The notes under the pieces: generated by a model
Database searches by the model: none
What the model saw: only the letters and a program-made list of their open reading frames with translations
What the model was told of the DNA's origin: nothing
Made by a program: the position numbers and the translations under genes
Origin: Candidatus Eiseniibacteriota bacterium
GTDB lineage: Bacteria > Eisenbacteria > RBG-16-71-46 > DASYSL01
Direction: 5' to 3'
Assembly (NCBI GenBank): GCA_046598045.1
Contig: JBKJJJ010000024.1
Span: 1-38,907 of the forward strand
Length of the DNA: 38,907 nucleotides
Shown here: in pieces, positions 25,052 to 38,287 of the stretch
Position numbering within the stretch: the first letter of the stretch is position 1
Layout: every line of letters starts with the position of its first letter

Positions 25052-25918
25052 CTAGATTCCGGGGATGGGCGCGGTCACGGCCGCCCGCGGCTGTCTGCCG
25101 CGCATGGGGCCGCCCGGGCGGACTTCCTGCAGGACGGCGTCGATCGAGCCGACCGGGATCTTGCTCTTCATGAGCACGGGCATGCGGCGCGCATCGTCGG
25201 TCACCCAGATCGTGAGCTGCCCCGAATTCTTGAAGATGCTGCCCGAGGACATCACGGGTTCGATCACGATGCACTCGAACTTGCCGGCCGGCACCTCGAT
25301 GAGCTCCTTCTTGAGCACCTTGACGATGATGTCGTTCGAGCTTTCATCGGAATGGTGCGGGATCACGACGTCCGTGCCGACCTCGAGCGGCACGTGGCGC
25401 ACGAAGTAGAACGCGGACAGCCCGTCCTTCGGCCACGGCGGAGTGTCGAACTGCTTGCCGTCGGCATAGCGCGCCTTGCCCAGGCGGGGCTCGTACACCA
25501 CGTCGTAGTCCTTCTTGTAGCCGCCCTCGCGGATGTGCTTGCGATAGCGATACGAGTACAGGCCCTCGGCGTCGATCAACGAGTCGATGCGGTCGCGCAC
25601 CTTGTAGATGCCGGACATGAAGCTGTTCGACTCCGCGCGCGACACCAGGTGGTAGCACGGCCGGCCGCGGTAGTTCTCCATCGGCGCGACCTCGAGCCAC
25701 GCGGTGCCGGCCTTGATCACGCCGTACTCGATCGAGAAGCGCAGCGACTCGCCCGGACCGAACGGCGCGCCGGCAGCCTCCCCGGCGGGCGTGTTGAGGA
25801 CCGGGGCCGGTCCCGCGGGCCCCGCCACCGGCACACGGGCGGCCAGCGCGGCCGCGGCCGTGGCGCACAGCAGCGCCAGGGCCAGCGCCCACGGTCTTCT
25901 CGGGTGCTTTACAACCAT
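25052..25918 (-). CDS. DUF3108 family exported protein
   Basis: ATG 25918 after GGAGG; signal peptide; PFGPGESLRF, YKVRD, EVPAGKF, IWVTDDARRMPV. Confidence 0.8.
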   Translation of the reverse strand: MVVKHPRRPWALALALLCATAAAALAARVPVAGPAGPAPVLNTPAGEAAGAPFGPGESLRFSIEYGVIKAGTAWLEVAPMENYRGRPCYHLVSRAESNSFMSGIYKVRDRIDSLIDAEGLYSYRYRKHIREGGYKKDYDVVYEPRLGKARYADGKQFDTPPWPKDGLSAFYFVRHVPLEVGTDVVIPHHSDESSNDIIVKVLKKELIEVPAGKFECIVIEPVMSSGSIFKNSGQLTIWVTDDARRMPVLMKSKIPVGSIDAVLQEVRPGGPMRGRQPRAAVTAPIPGI

Positions 25919-25941
25919 CCATGCCTCCCTTTCATGGCCCA

Positions 25942-25971
25942 TGGACCGGCGGGTGGGCCGCCCCCTACAAT
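25942..25971 (+). promoter_or_regulatory. Putative sigma70 promoter for the aminotransferase
   Basis: TGGACC-N18-TACAAT in the divergent gap. Confidence 0.45.
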
Positions 25972-26064
25972 AGAGGGCGATTGCTTCCGGCCGCAACGTC
26001 CCCCGCGGGCGCCCTCGCCCCGCGACCGGCCGGGCCCACCCTCCCTACACCGCCCGGAGGCCCC

Positions 26065-27261
26065 ATGCTTCGCGCTTCGGACCGATTGAACAACGTGGCG
26101 CCGTACGCGCTTGCCAAAGTCTTTGCGAATCGCGACGCCAAGATCGCCCAGGGCGTCGACGTGATCGACCTCGGCGTGGGCAACCCCGACATGAGGCCCT
26201 CCCCCGCGATCGTCGACGCGCTCAAGTCCGCGCTCGACGACGTCAGGAAGCCGAACCACCGCTATCCCTCGTTCAACGGCCTGCCCGAGTTCCGGCGCTC
26301 GATCGCGAACTGGTACCAGCGGAGATTCGACGTGACGCTCGATCCCGACACCGAGGTCCTGCCGCTCATCGGATCCAAGGAGGGCATCGCGAAGTTCTTC
26401 TTCGCGCACCTGAACCCCGGGGACCCCATCCTGCTGACCACGCCGTGCTATCCCGCGTACGTCGGCATCTCGGCGCTCGCGCAGGCCGACGTCTACAACG
26501 TGCCGCTCACGGTCGAGAACGCGTTCCGCCCGAACCTCGACGCGATCCCGAACGAGGTCGCCGATCGCTCGCACCTGATCACGATCAACTTCCCCGGCAA
26601 CCCGACCGGCGGCACCGAGACACCCGAGTTCTACGAGAAGCTCAATGGCTGGGCGGGCAAGCACGACGTGTTCGTGATCTCGGACATCGCCTACTGCGAC
26701 CTGCCGCTCGACGACGACTACCGCGCGCACTCGTTCCTGCAGTTCGACCGGGAGAAGAAGCGCACGGTCGAGTACCACTCGTTCTCCAAGAGCTACTCGA
26801 TGCAGGGCTGGCGCGTCGGCTTCGTGGTCGGCAACGCGGACGCCATCGGCCGCCTGGCGAAGATCAAGGCGAACATGGATTTCGGCGTGTTCACCGCGAT
26901 CCAGCGCGGCGCCATGGCCGCGCTCGACGGCCCGCAGGACTACTGCGCCGAGGTGGCGAAGATCTACCGCCAGCGCCGCGACCTGTTCCTGGACGGCGTG
27001 CGCGGTCTCGGTTTCGAGGTGCCGGCGCCCAAGGCCGGGATGTACGTCTGGCTGCCGATCCCGAAGGGCTACGGCAACTCGATCGACTTCACCGCCGACC
27101 TGCTCGAGAAGACGGGCGTGGTGGTGTCGCCGGGCTCGGGCTTCGGGACGTCGGGCGAGGGCTACGTGCGGGTGGCGCTGTGCGACACGGACGAGCGCAT
27201 CCAGCTCGCCGTCCGGCGCATGGCCGAGGCGGGGATCAGCGCCGAGATGGCGAAGGTGTAA
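26065..27261 (+). CDS. dapL: Class I/II PLP aminotransferase, LL-diaminopimelate aminotransferase-like
   Basis: ATG after GGAGG; IDLGVGNPD, LIGSKEGI, NFPGNPTG, SDIAY, SFSKSYSMQGWRVG, PGSGFG..GEGYVR; substrate assignment is inferred. Confidence 0.75.
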   Translation: MLRASDRLNNVAPYALAKVFANRDAKIAQGVDVIDLGVGNPDMRPSPAIVDALKSALDDVRKPNHRYPSFNGLPEFRRSIANWYQRRFDVTLDPDTEVLPLIGSKEGIAKFFFAHLNPGDPILLTTPCYPAYVGISALAQADVYNVPLTVENAFRPNLDAIPNEVADRSHLITINFPGNPTGGTETPEFYEKLNGWAGKHDVFVISDIAYCDLPLDDDYRAHSFLQFDREKKRTVEYHSFSKSYSMQGWRVGFVVGNADAIGRLAKIKANMDFGVFTAIQRGAMAALDGPQDYCAEVAKIYRQRRDLFLDGVRGLGFEVPAPKAGMYVWLPIPKGYGNSIDFTADLLEKTGVVVSPGSGFGTSGEGYVRVALCDTDERIQLAVRRMAEAGISAEMAKV

Positions 27262-27273
27262 CGCGCACGTGCG

Positions 27274-28263
27274 CTACGAAGCGAACGAATAGCTCAGGCC
27301 GAACAGCAGGTGATGCGGGGCGACGAGCTGCGGGCCATCCGTGTGCTCGAACGCGCGCACCTGCCAGTAGCCGAACGCCGCGATCCCGCTCGTGACCTGC
27401 GCCCTGATCCCGGGCGTCAGGTAGAGCGACGTGCCGGCGGGCGTGTGGTCGCCCTCGCCGGAGGCGCCGGGATCGTCCCCCGCGTGATAGCGCCAGTTGA
27501 CCTGCATGAGCAGGCGCAGCGGCCCGCTCAGCGCGTAGCCGCCGGCGAGCGTGGCCTGCGCCTCGTTGCCCATGCGGTAGCCTTCGGTGCCCCTGCCGTT
27601 CGCGCGCACCACGACGCCGAGGCTCACCGGGATCGCGACCGGTGCGCCCTTGAGCGTCCTGGTGTCGATCGGCCGCCGCAACTGGAACCCCGCGATGAAA
27701 TCGGTCGAGCCGGTCCCCGGCCGCGCCGGCGGCTCGGGCTGGGCACCGTCGACCTCGGGCACGTTGCGCCGGCCGGTCGGCAGCTTGATCCCCGCGCGCA
27801 GGTCGAGCGACGTGCCGTGCCCACCCCCGCCGATCACGTTGTACTGCGCCGAGGTCAGCAGGTCCCCGAGCCCCCGGTAGTGCCACTCCGCGGGGACGAA
27901 CAATCCCGGGTGGTGCTGGACGAGGTGGTTGTGCATGCGGTCGATGTACGGCAGTGTGGAGCTCACGAGCAGCCGCCGCCCGAACGACCCGCGCCCCGTC
28001 AGGAGCCAGGTCTGCGTGCGCGTCTCCACCTCGACCTCGTGCGCCAGCGGATCGGGCGCGCCCGCGGTTCCGCTGCCGTCCCACAGCTTGTCCTGGTCGA
28101 CGAACTGGTAGCCCATCTCGAGCCCGAAGCGCCCGCCGCCCGACTCCGGGCCGCGAATCTCGAGCGGGCAGCCCTCGGCGCCGCAGCTCGCGCGCGCCGC
28201 GCTCGGCCCGACGCAGGCCGCGGACAGCGCGACCGCGACCAGGAATCCGTGCCGCGTGCTCAA
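27274..28263 (-). CDS. Exported outer-membrane beta-barrel-like ('transporter') protein with SCGxxxC and His-rich motifs
   Basis: TTG start overlapping upstream TGA; signal peptide ending ARA-SCGAEGCPL; GLGDL, GIKLPTG, PGTGSTD; C-terminal LFGLSYSF. Confidence 0.7.
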   Translation of the reverse strand: MSTRHGFLVAVALSAACVGPSAARASCGAEGCPLEIRGPESGGGRFGLEMGYQFVDQDKLWDGSGTAGAPDPLAHEVEVETRTQTWLLTGRGSFGRRLLVSSTLPYIDRMHNHLVQHHPGLFVPAEWHYRGLGDLLTSAQYNVIGGGGHGTSLDLRAGIKLPTGRRNVPEVDGAQPEPPARPGTGSTDFIAGFQLRRPIDTRTLKGAPVAIPVSLGVVVRANGRGTEGYRMGNEAQATLAGGYALSGPLRLLMQVNWRYHAGDDPGASGEGDHTPAGTSLYLTPGIRAQVTSGIAAFGYWQVRAFEHTDGPQLVAPHHLLFGLSYSFAS

Positions 28264-29123
28264 TGCAACACCGCCACGCGGCTCGTGCGCACCTGCCCCG
28301 CGGTCTCGAGCGAGACCAGGTACACGCCCGCCGCCGCGCCCGAAGCGTCCCAGGTGGCGGAGTGCGGGCCCGCAGCCTGCTCGCCGTCGGCGAGCACGGC
28401 GATCGTGCGACCGCGCAGGTCGTGGATCGCGAGCCGCGCCATGCCCGCGCGCGCGAGCGACCACTCGATGCGCGCGGCCCCGCGCGTCGGGTTCGGCGCC
28501 GCGGGCGCGAGCGCGAGCGCCGGCGGCCCGGCCCCCACGCCGACGAGGCTGGTCAGCGTGACGACGACCTGGTCGATCGCCGGACCGGTGGTCGCAGCCG
28601 CGTCCTGGCTGGTGAACTCGAGCGTGGTCGTACTCGCGACCGCGTTGAACGACCAGGTCTTGGTGGTCCAGCCCATGGCCCAATTCCACGCGGCTGACGT
28701 GTCGAACGTGTAGTCGATCGAGGTTCCCGCCGCAGAGAGCCGGACATGCTTGAGCGCCGGCACGCTGGACGGATCGCCCGCGAGCGCGAACGACACGCCG
28801 TACAGCCCGCCCGGCACGGTGGAGAACGACTGCGCCACGCCGCCGTTGGTCGCCCCGTTGAGCGCAACCGAGGAGCCGCCGTCCATCGGCGCCCAGTAGC
28901 CCGAGCCGACGCATTCCACGCTGCCGGTCGTGACCTCCCAGGGGGCGAGCATGGTCGCGCCGGGCGCGAGCAGGACCGTCGTCGCACCGGGATCGGGAGC
29001 GGCGTCGAAGCTGCCGTTGGTGAGCAGGTTCGCAGCCGCGGGGCGCGCCAGTGCGGAGGCCGCGAGCAGCGCAAGCGCGATCAGCGCGGGCAGGGTTCGC
29101 CCGGGGGTGCGGCTGGGGTTCAT
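28260..29123 (-). CDS. Secreted choice-of-anchor C / DUF642 domain protein with FlgD/T9SS-A-like C-terminal domain
   Basis: Signal peptide, NLLTNGSF, QSFSTVPG, MGWT, GPAIDQV; C-terminus APNP...IHDLRGRTI...WD...GVYLVSL. Confidence 0.8.
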   Translation of the reverse strand: MNPSRTPGRTLPALIALALLAASALARPAAANLLTNGSFDAAPDPGATTVLLAPGATMLAPWEVTTGSVECVGSGYWAPMDGGSSVALNGATNGGVAQSFSTVPGGLYGVSFALAGDPSSVPALKHVRLSAAGTSIDYTFDTSAAWNWAMGWTTKTWSFNAVASTTTLEFTSQDAAATTGPAIDQVVVTLTSLVGVGAGPPALALAPAAPNPTRGAARIEWSLARAGMARLAIHDLRGRTIAVLADGEQAAGPHSATWDASGAAAGVYLVSLETAGQVRTSRVAVLH

Positions 29124-29208
29124 CGGGGGCCTCCGACAATGGGGGTGATGCCCTGCACGATCAGGCGCTCAAGTATGGACCAAACCCGGGGACGCCGCAG
29201 CGCAAAAT

Positions 29209-30507
29209 CTATGGGGTGGCGCCCAGGGCAAAGGCGGCCGCCAGTACCGCGGCTTCGGTCTTCGCCGGCCCCACCGCCGCCACCGTCCAGCCCTCGGGCG
29301 TGAAGAACCGGCGCGCCAGGTCCATGACCTGGTCCCGGGTCACGCTCGCCACCTCGTCCAGGTGGGTCGCGAGCGGGATGTAGCGGCCGTACGCCAGCTC
29401 GTCGAGCGCAAGGTGGTACATGTGGTTCGACACGCTCTCCTCGCCCAGCAGGAGCGATCCGCGCATCTGCGCCTTGCCGCTGTCGAGTTCCTCGTCGGTC
29501 GGACCCTCGGCCACGAAGCGCGCGAGCTCGTTCGCCAGCGCCTCGAGCGCTTCCGCGCCGCGCTCCGGCTTGACGCCGAGCGCGATCGAGACCATCCCGG
29601 TGTCGCGAAACGAGTCGGTCGAGGCATACACCGAGTACGCGAGGCCGCGCTGCTCGCGCAACGTCTGGAACAGGCGCGAGGACATGCCGCCGCCCACGAT
29701 CGTGGCCAGCACGGCGAGGCGGTAGCGCTCGGGCGCGTCCTGCGCGAGCGCGGGGCGGGCCAGCGCCAGGTGAAGCTGGGTCACGTCCTTCGCGCCGTAG
29801 ATCGCGCGCGGGGCCTCGGCGCCGCGCGCGGTCGCGAGCGTCAGCGCGTCCCCGGCGGGTTGCGCGAACGCCAGGCCGACGGCCTCCTCGAGCCACGAGG
29901 CATCGAAGCTGCCCGACACCGCGACCACGAGGTTGCCCGGGTGGTAGCGTCCCGCATAGAACCCGGCGAGCGCGTCGCGCGTGAACGCGTTGACGCTGTC
30001 CTCGGACCCGAGGATCGGGCGGCCCAGCGGGTCCGTCCCCCACAGCGCCTCGGAGAGCAGGTCGTGCACCTTTTCCTCGGGGCTGTCCTCGTACGAGAAG
30101 ATCTCCTCGCGCACGACTTCCTTCTCGCGCTCGAGCTCTTCGGCGGGCAACGTCGAGTGCCCGACCACGTCGGCGAGCACATCGAGCGCCTGCGGCAGGT
30201 GCTCGTCGAGCGCGCGGCCGTAGTAGCACACGTGCTCGCGCGCAGTGAACGCATCGAGGTGGCCGCCGAGCGACTCGAGGCTGGCGGAGATGTCGTAGGC
30301 GTTGCGCCGCGCCGTGCCCTTGAACAGCATGTGCTCGAGGAAGTGCGTCGCACCGGCGTGGTCCGCCGGTTCGTCGCGCGACCCCGCGCGCAGCCAGACG
30401 CCGAGCGCGACCGAGGCGCGGTGCGGCAGGCGCTGGTGGAGCAGCGTCAGCCCGTTCGGGTAGACACGCCGACCGGGTGCAGCGAGCGGCTCGAAGGGAT
30501 CGATCAT
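29209..30507 (-). CDS. M16 family (pitrilysin-like) zinc peptidase
   Basis: GSRDE, HFLEHMLFKGT (HxxEH), GGGMSSRLFQTLREQRGLAY; usual position after pnp; start approximate. Confidence 0.92.
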   Translation of the reverse strand: MIDPFEPLAAPGRRVYPNGLTLLHQRLPHRASVALGVWLRAGSRDEPADHAGATHFLEHMLFKGTARRNAYDISASLESLGGHLDAFTAREHVCYYGRALDEHLPQALDVLADVVGHSTLPAEELEREKEVVREEIFSYEDSPEEKVHDLLSEALWGTDPLGRPILGSEDSVNAFTRDALAGFYAGRYHPGNLVVAVSGSFDASWLEEAVGLAFAQPAGDALTLATARGAEAPRAIYGAKDVTQLHLALARPALAQDAPERYRLAVLATIVGGGMSSRLFQTLREQRGLAYSVYASTDSFRDTGMVSIALGVKPERGAEALEALANELARFVAEGPTDEELDSGKAQMRGSLLLGEESVSNHMYHLALDELAYGRYIPLATHLDEVASVTRDQVMDLARRFFTPEGWTVAAVGPAKTEAAVLAAAFALGATP

Positions 30508-30549
30508 GGCCGTCCATGGTTGGGGACGCGAGGGGACGCATCCGGGTGG

Positions 30550-30584
30550 AAAAAAGAGTGGCGGGACCCAGGGCCCCGCCACCC
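30550..30584 (-). terminator. Intrinsic terminator after pnp
   Basis: Minus strand GGGTGGCGGGGCC-CTG-GGTCCCGCCACTC-TTTTTT. Confidence 0.85.
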
Positions 30585-30611
30585 GTCGATCACGCGTTGC
30601 GCCGTGTGCTT

Positions 30612-32708
<2,097 letters not shown>

Positions 32709-32753
32709 TCAGTTTTATCCTCTCTCTGCCTTCCGACAGCACGACGTAACAAG

Positions 32754-32800
32754 CCAACGCGGTCGTGGCCGGGCACGTGGGCCCGGCCGACGACCGTTGG
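32754..32800 (-). promoter_or_regulatory. Long stem-loop in rpsO-pnp spacer (candidate RNase III/processing site)
   Basis: Plus-strand text CCAAC(GC)GGTCGTGGCCGGGC-loop-GCCCGGCC(G)ACGACCGTTGG. Confidence 0.55.
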
Positions 32801-32815
32801 AACCGCGGGAAAGCG

Positions 32816-33085
32816 TTAACGGCGCAGTCCGAGTTCCTTCACAACAGCACGGTAGCGATCAACTTTGGTTGCCTTGAGATAGTCGAGCAGACGGCGACGC
32901 TGGCCGACCATCCGGAGGAGTCCGCGGCGTGAAGCGTGATCGCGCTTGTGCACCTTGAAATGATCGGTGAGGTACTTGATCTTTTCAGTGAGCAGGGCGA
33001 TCTGGACTTCGGGAGAGCCCGAGTCTTCCTCGTGCAACTTGAACTTCCCGATAACCTCCTGTTTCGTCTCTTTCGAGAGCGGCAT
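32816..33085 (-). CDS. rpsO: 30S ribosomal protein S15
   Basis: [38 protein letters not shown], 89 aa; SD AAGGAGGT. Confidence 0.98.
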   Translation of the reverse strand: MPLSKETKQEVIGKFKLHEEDSGSPEVQIALLTEKIKYLTDHFKVHKRDHASRRGLLRMVGQRRRLLDYLKATKVDRYRAVVKELGLRR

Positions 33086-33244
33086 GCGCTCGTTCACCTC
33101 CTTCATGCGAGCGGGGCCCGGGACAGGGAGTGCAACCTCTCCAGCAACCCGAGCGACAACAAACAACCCCCCGGTGGACCGGGGGACGGATGCGCGAATC
33201 TAACAACGGGGTCGAACGGCGGTAAAGCAAAAACGGTGCCGGGT

Positions 33245-34174
33245 TTACGCCGGATTTGCAGGATCCAGGATCACCCGCGCCCGGGCGACGTCGCGGGCCA
33301 TGGCCTCGACCAGTTCCGGGGCCCCCTCGAATTTCTCCTGGCCCCGGATCCAGTCCATGAATTCCACCCGCAAAACCTTGTCTCGCAAGTCCTTGTCCCA
33401 GTCGAGCACGAACACTTCCAGGGCCCGCTCGGCGCCGTCGAACGTCGGCCGCAGCCCGAGGCTGATCGCGCCCCGGAGCGCGCCTCCCGGGCCGGGGCCC
33501 CCGGATTCCCCGGGGACGTGCACCCAGCCGGCGTAGACCCCGTCGGCCGGCAGAAACTTGGGCTCGGGCAGGTCGAGGTTCGCGGTCGGGTACTGGAGCG
33601 TCTTGCCGATCCCGTGGCCGTGGACCACCCGGCCCTCGACCGCGTAGGGCCGCCCGAGCAGCTCGGCGGCGAAGCCCACGTCCCCGCCCTTGAGCGCGCC
33701 GCGGACCCGGGTCGAGGACACCGCCCCGTGGTGTTCGACCAGCAGCGGCACGGCCTCAACCTCGAAACCCCGGCGCCGGCCGATCTCGGCGAGGAACGGG
33801 ACCGTGCCCTTCCGGCCGCGGCCGAGCGCAAAGTCCTGCCCGGTGACCAGCCGCACCATGCCCAGCGGCGCGAGCAGGTGGCGTTCGACGAACACCTCGG
33901 GCTCGAGCGCGGCGAGCTCCTTGTCGAACGGCAGCACGATCACCTGCTCGACGCCCCACGCGAGCAGGACTTCCTTCTTCTCGCGCGGCGGGGTGAGCGG
34001 CGGCTCGGCCTGCGCCTTGCCGAGCACGGCATCGGGATGGGGATCGAACGTCACCACCGCGAGCCCGGTGCCGGCCGCGCGCGCACGTGCCAGCCCGGCG
34101 TCGATGATCGCGCGGTGGCCGCGGTGCAGGCCGTCGAACACGCCGACGGCAACGACGTGCGGGCGCACGCTCAC
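33245..34174 (-). CDS. ribF: Bifunctional riboflavin kinase/FAD synthetase
   Basis: GTG overlapping the truB stop; GVFDGLHRGH, TFDPHP, VSSTRVR, YPTANL, GVYAG, RGQEKF. Confidence 0.95.
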   Translation of the reverse strand: MSVRPHVVAVGVFDGLHRGHRAIIDAGLARARAAGTGLAVVTFDPHPDAVLGKAQAEPPLTPPREKKEVLLAWGVEQVIVLPFDKELAALEPEVFVERHLLAPLGMVRLVTGQDFALGRGRKGTVPFLAEIGRRRGFEVEAVPLLVEHHGAVSSTRVRGALKGGDVGFAAELLGRPYAVEGRVVHGHGIGKTLQYPTANLDLPEPKFLPADGVYAGWVHVPGESGGPGPGGALRGAISLGLRPTFDGAERALEVFVLDWDKDLRDKVLRVEFMDWIRGQEKFEGAPELVEAMARDVARARVILDPANPA

Positions 34175-35214
34175 GCCTCGGCTCCGAGCGCCTCGTCGGC
34201 CGCATCGCCCGCATCGCCCGCAACGCCCGCGCCGGCCGCGTCGCCCGTTTCGGCCGCGCCCTGGATTGCCCACACGAGCTTGAGCTCGAGCGGCGCCCGG
34301 GGGTCCGGGTCCGCCGGCAGTGCGGCGACCGCGAGCAGCGCGCCCTGCGCATCGGTCAGCCGCAGCGTGGGCGTGCCGGGCGCGAGCCCGGCCGCGAGCG
34401 CCTGCCCCTGGGACGGCGCGCGGCCCGAGAGCAGCGCGGCGGCCTCGGCGGGCGCGAGCACCACGCCCGGCAGGAACGCGAGCGCGTCCTCGGGCGTGAG
34501 CCCGGCGGAGACCAGGCGGCGGTTCCAGTCCGGGATCGAGCCGACGGGACGCTCGAGCAATTCCTGGGTCGGGATCGCGCCTGAGACCGAGTGCGGCCCG
34601 ATCGCGCTGCGGCGCAGCGCGAGGAGCGAGCCGCCCGGTCCGAGCGCGCGGCCCCAGTCCTCGGCGAGGCTTCGGATATAGGTGCCCGACGAGCACGTGG
34701 TTTCGAACGCGATCGTCTGTGCCGCGCGGTCGACCCCGGTCACGGTCAGCGCGTGGACCGTGATCGACCTCAGCGGCGGCTCGACCACCTCGCCGCGGCG
34801 CGCCTTCTTGTAAAGCGCCTCGCCCCCCTGCTTGACCGCCGAGTAGGCCTGGGCGCGCTGCGTGATCGCGCCGCGGAACAAGCCCGCCGTCTCCTCGATG
34901 CGCGCGGGATCGAAGGCGTCGGCCAGGGGCGTGCGCTCGCTGAGGACGCGCCCGGTGGGATCGCCGGTGTCGGTGACGACACCGAGGCGCATCACGCCCT
35001 GGTAGGTCTTGGGCGCACCCGAGAGGAACGACAGGAGGCGCGTGGCCCGGCCCCAGGCGAGCAACAGGAGGCCGGTGGCGAAGGGATCGAGCGTGCCGGC
35101 GTGGCCAACGCGCCGGGTGCCGGCGACGCGGCGCAGCCGGTCGACCGCGTCGTGCGACGTGATGCCCGCCTGCTTGTCGAGGCGGACGATCGCGATCTTT
35201 CCGAGGTCGCTCAG
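34171..35214 (-). CDS. truB: tRNA pseudouridine(55) synthase (probable CTG start)
   Basis: Frame of ORF 34171..35064 continues upstream without a stop: LSDLGKIAIVRLDKQAGITSHD...VGHAGTLDPFATGLL; also YSAVK and CSSGTYIRSL. Confidence 0.93.
   Translation of the reverse strand: MSDLGKIAIVRLDKQAGITSHDAVDRLRRVAGTRRVGHAGTLDPFATGLLLLAWGRATRLLSFLSGAPKTYQGVMRLGVVTDTGDPTGRVLSERTPLADAFDPARIEETAGLFRGAITQRAQAYSAVKQGGEALYKKARRGEVVEPPLRSITVHALTVTGVDRAAQTIAFETTCSSGTYIRSLAEDWGRALGPGGSLLALRRSAIGPHSVSGAIPTQELLERPVGSIPDWNRRLVSAGLTPEDALAFLPGVVLAPAEAAALLSGRAPSQGQALAAGLAPGTPTLRLTDAQGALLAVAALPADPDPRAPLELKLVWAIQGAAETGDAAGAGVAGDAGDAADEALGAEA
34201..34227. repeat. 3 x 9-bp tandem repeat in the truB 3' tail
   Basis: cgcatcgcc cgcatcgcc cgcaacgcc, encoding GVA-GDA-GDA. 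Confidence 0.6.
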
Positions 35215-35588
35215 GCGTCCTCCTCCTCGTCCAGGCCCTCGATCGGCGTGCCGTCGTGCAGCTTGCGCAGCAGGTCCTCGATGCGCGCGCCACGCTCGAT
35301 CGATTCGTCGTAGGCGAAGCGCAGCTCGGGCACCTCGCGCAACCCGAGCCTGGGCGCCAGCTCGTGGCGCAGGAACGGCGTGGCGTGCGTGAGCACCTTG
35401 ATGATTTCCTTGCGCTTCTCCGCGCCGTCGAGGCTCGACAGCCAGATCTTCGCCGACGACAGGTCGGCCACGACCTCGACCCCGGTCACGGAGACGAAGC
35501 CCAGCCGCGGGTCGCGCAGCTTGCGCATGAGGATGTCCGCCATCTCGCGGCGGATCAGGTCGGCGACGCGTTCGGTTCGTTTGGACAC
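35211..35588 (-). CDS. rbfA: Ribosome-binding factor A
   Basis: GTG start; RTERVADLIR, DPRLGFVSVTGVEV..DLSSAK, PELRFAYDESIERG. Confidence 0.95.
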   Translation of the reverse strand: MSKRTERVADLIRREMADILMRKLRDPRLGFVSVTGVEVVADLSSAKIWLSSLDGAEKRKEIIKVLTHATPFLRHELAPRLGLREVPELRFAYDESIERGARIEDLLRKLHDGTPIEGLDEEEDA

Positions 35589-35592
35589 GGGA

Positions 35593-35874
35593 TCACTCGT
35601 AGTGGCGAACGGACCAGTCGAGCACGACGACCTCGACTTGTCGCTCGACGATTTCACGCAGCGACTGCAGCGTATCGGTCAGTCCGGCCGGTTCGCCGGT
35701 GACGACCGCGATGCCGAGCGTGGCGCGTTGCCACAGGTCGGCGTGGTCCACTTCGGCGACGGCGGCGTGGGTGGCCCGCAGGCGGTCCTTGATCCGATTG
35801 AGCACCTGCCGCTTGTCCTTGAGGGACCGCGCTTGCGGCAGGTGCAGATCGGCCTCGATCACGGCGACGTACAT
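35593..35874 (-). CDS. DUF503 (YlxP-like) protein
   Basis: SLKDKRQV, VAEVDHADLWQR; position between infB and rbfA. Confidence 0.88.
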   Translation of the reverse strand: MYVAVIEADLHLPQARSLKDKRQVLNRIKDRLRATHAAVAEVDHADLWQRATLGIAVVTGEPAGLTDTLQSLREIVERQVEVVVLDWSVRHYE

Positions 35875-35896
35875 GACAGTCGGCCCGGGCAGCGCG

Positions 35897-38283
<2,387 letters not shown>

Positions 38284-38287
<4 letters not shown>

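Noticed and set aside
27263..27274. 12-bp palindrome GCGCACGTGCGC between convergent stops
   Set aside because: Too short, no T-tracts, plausible by chance in GC-rich DNA
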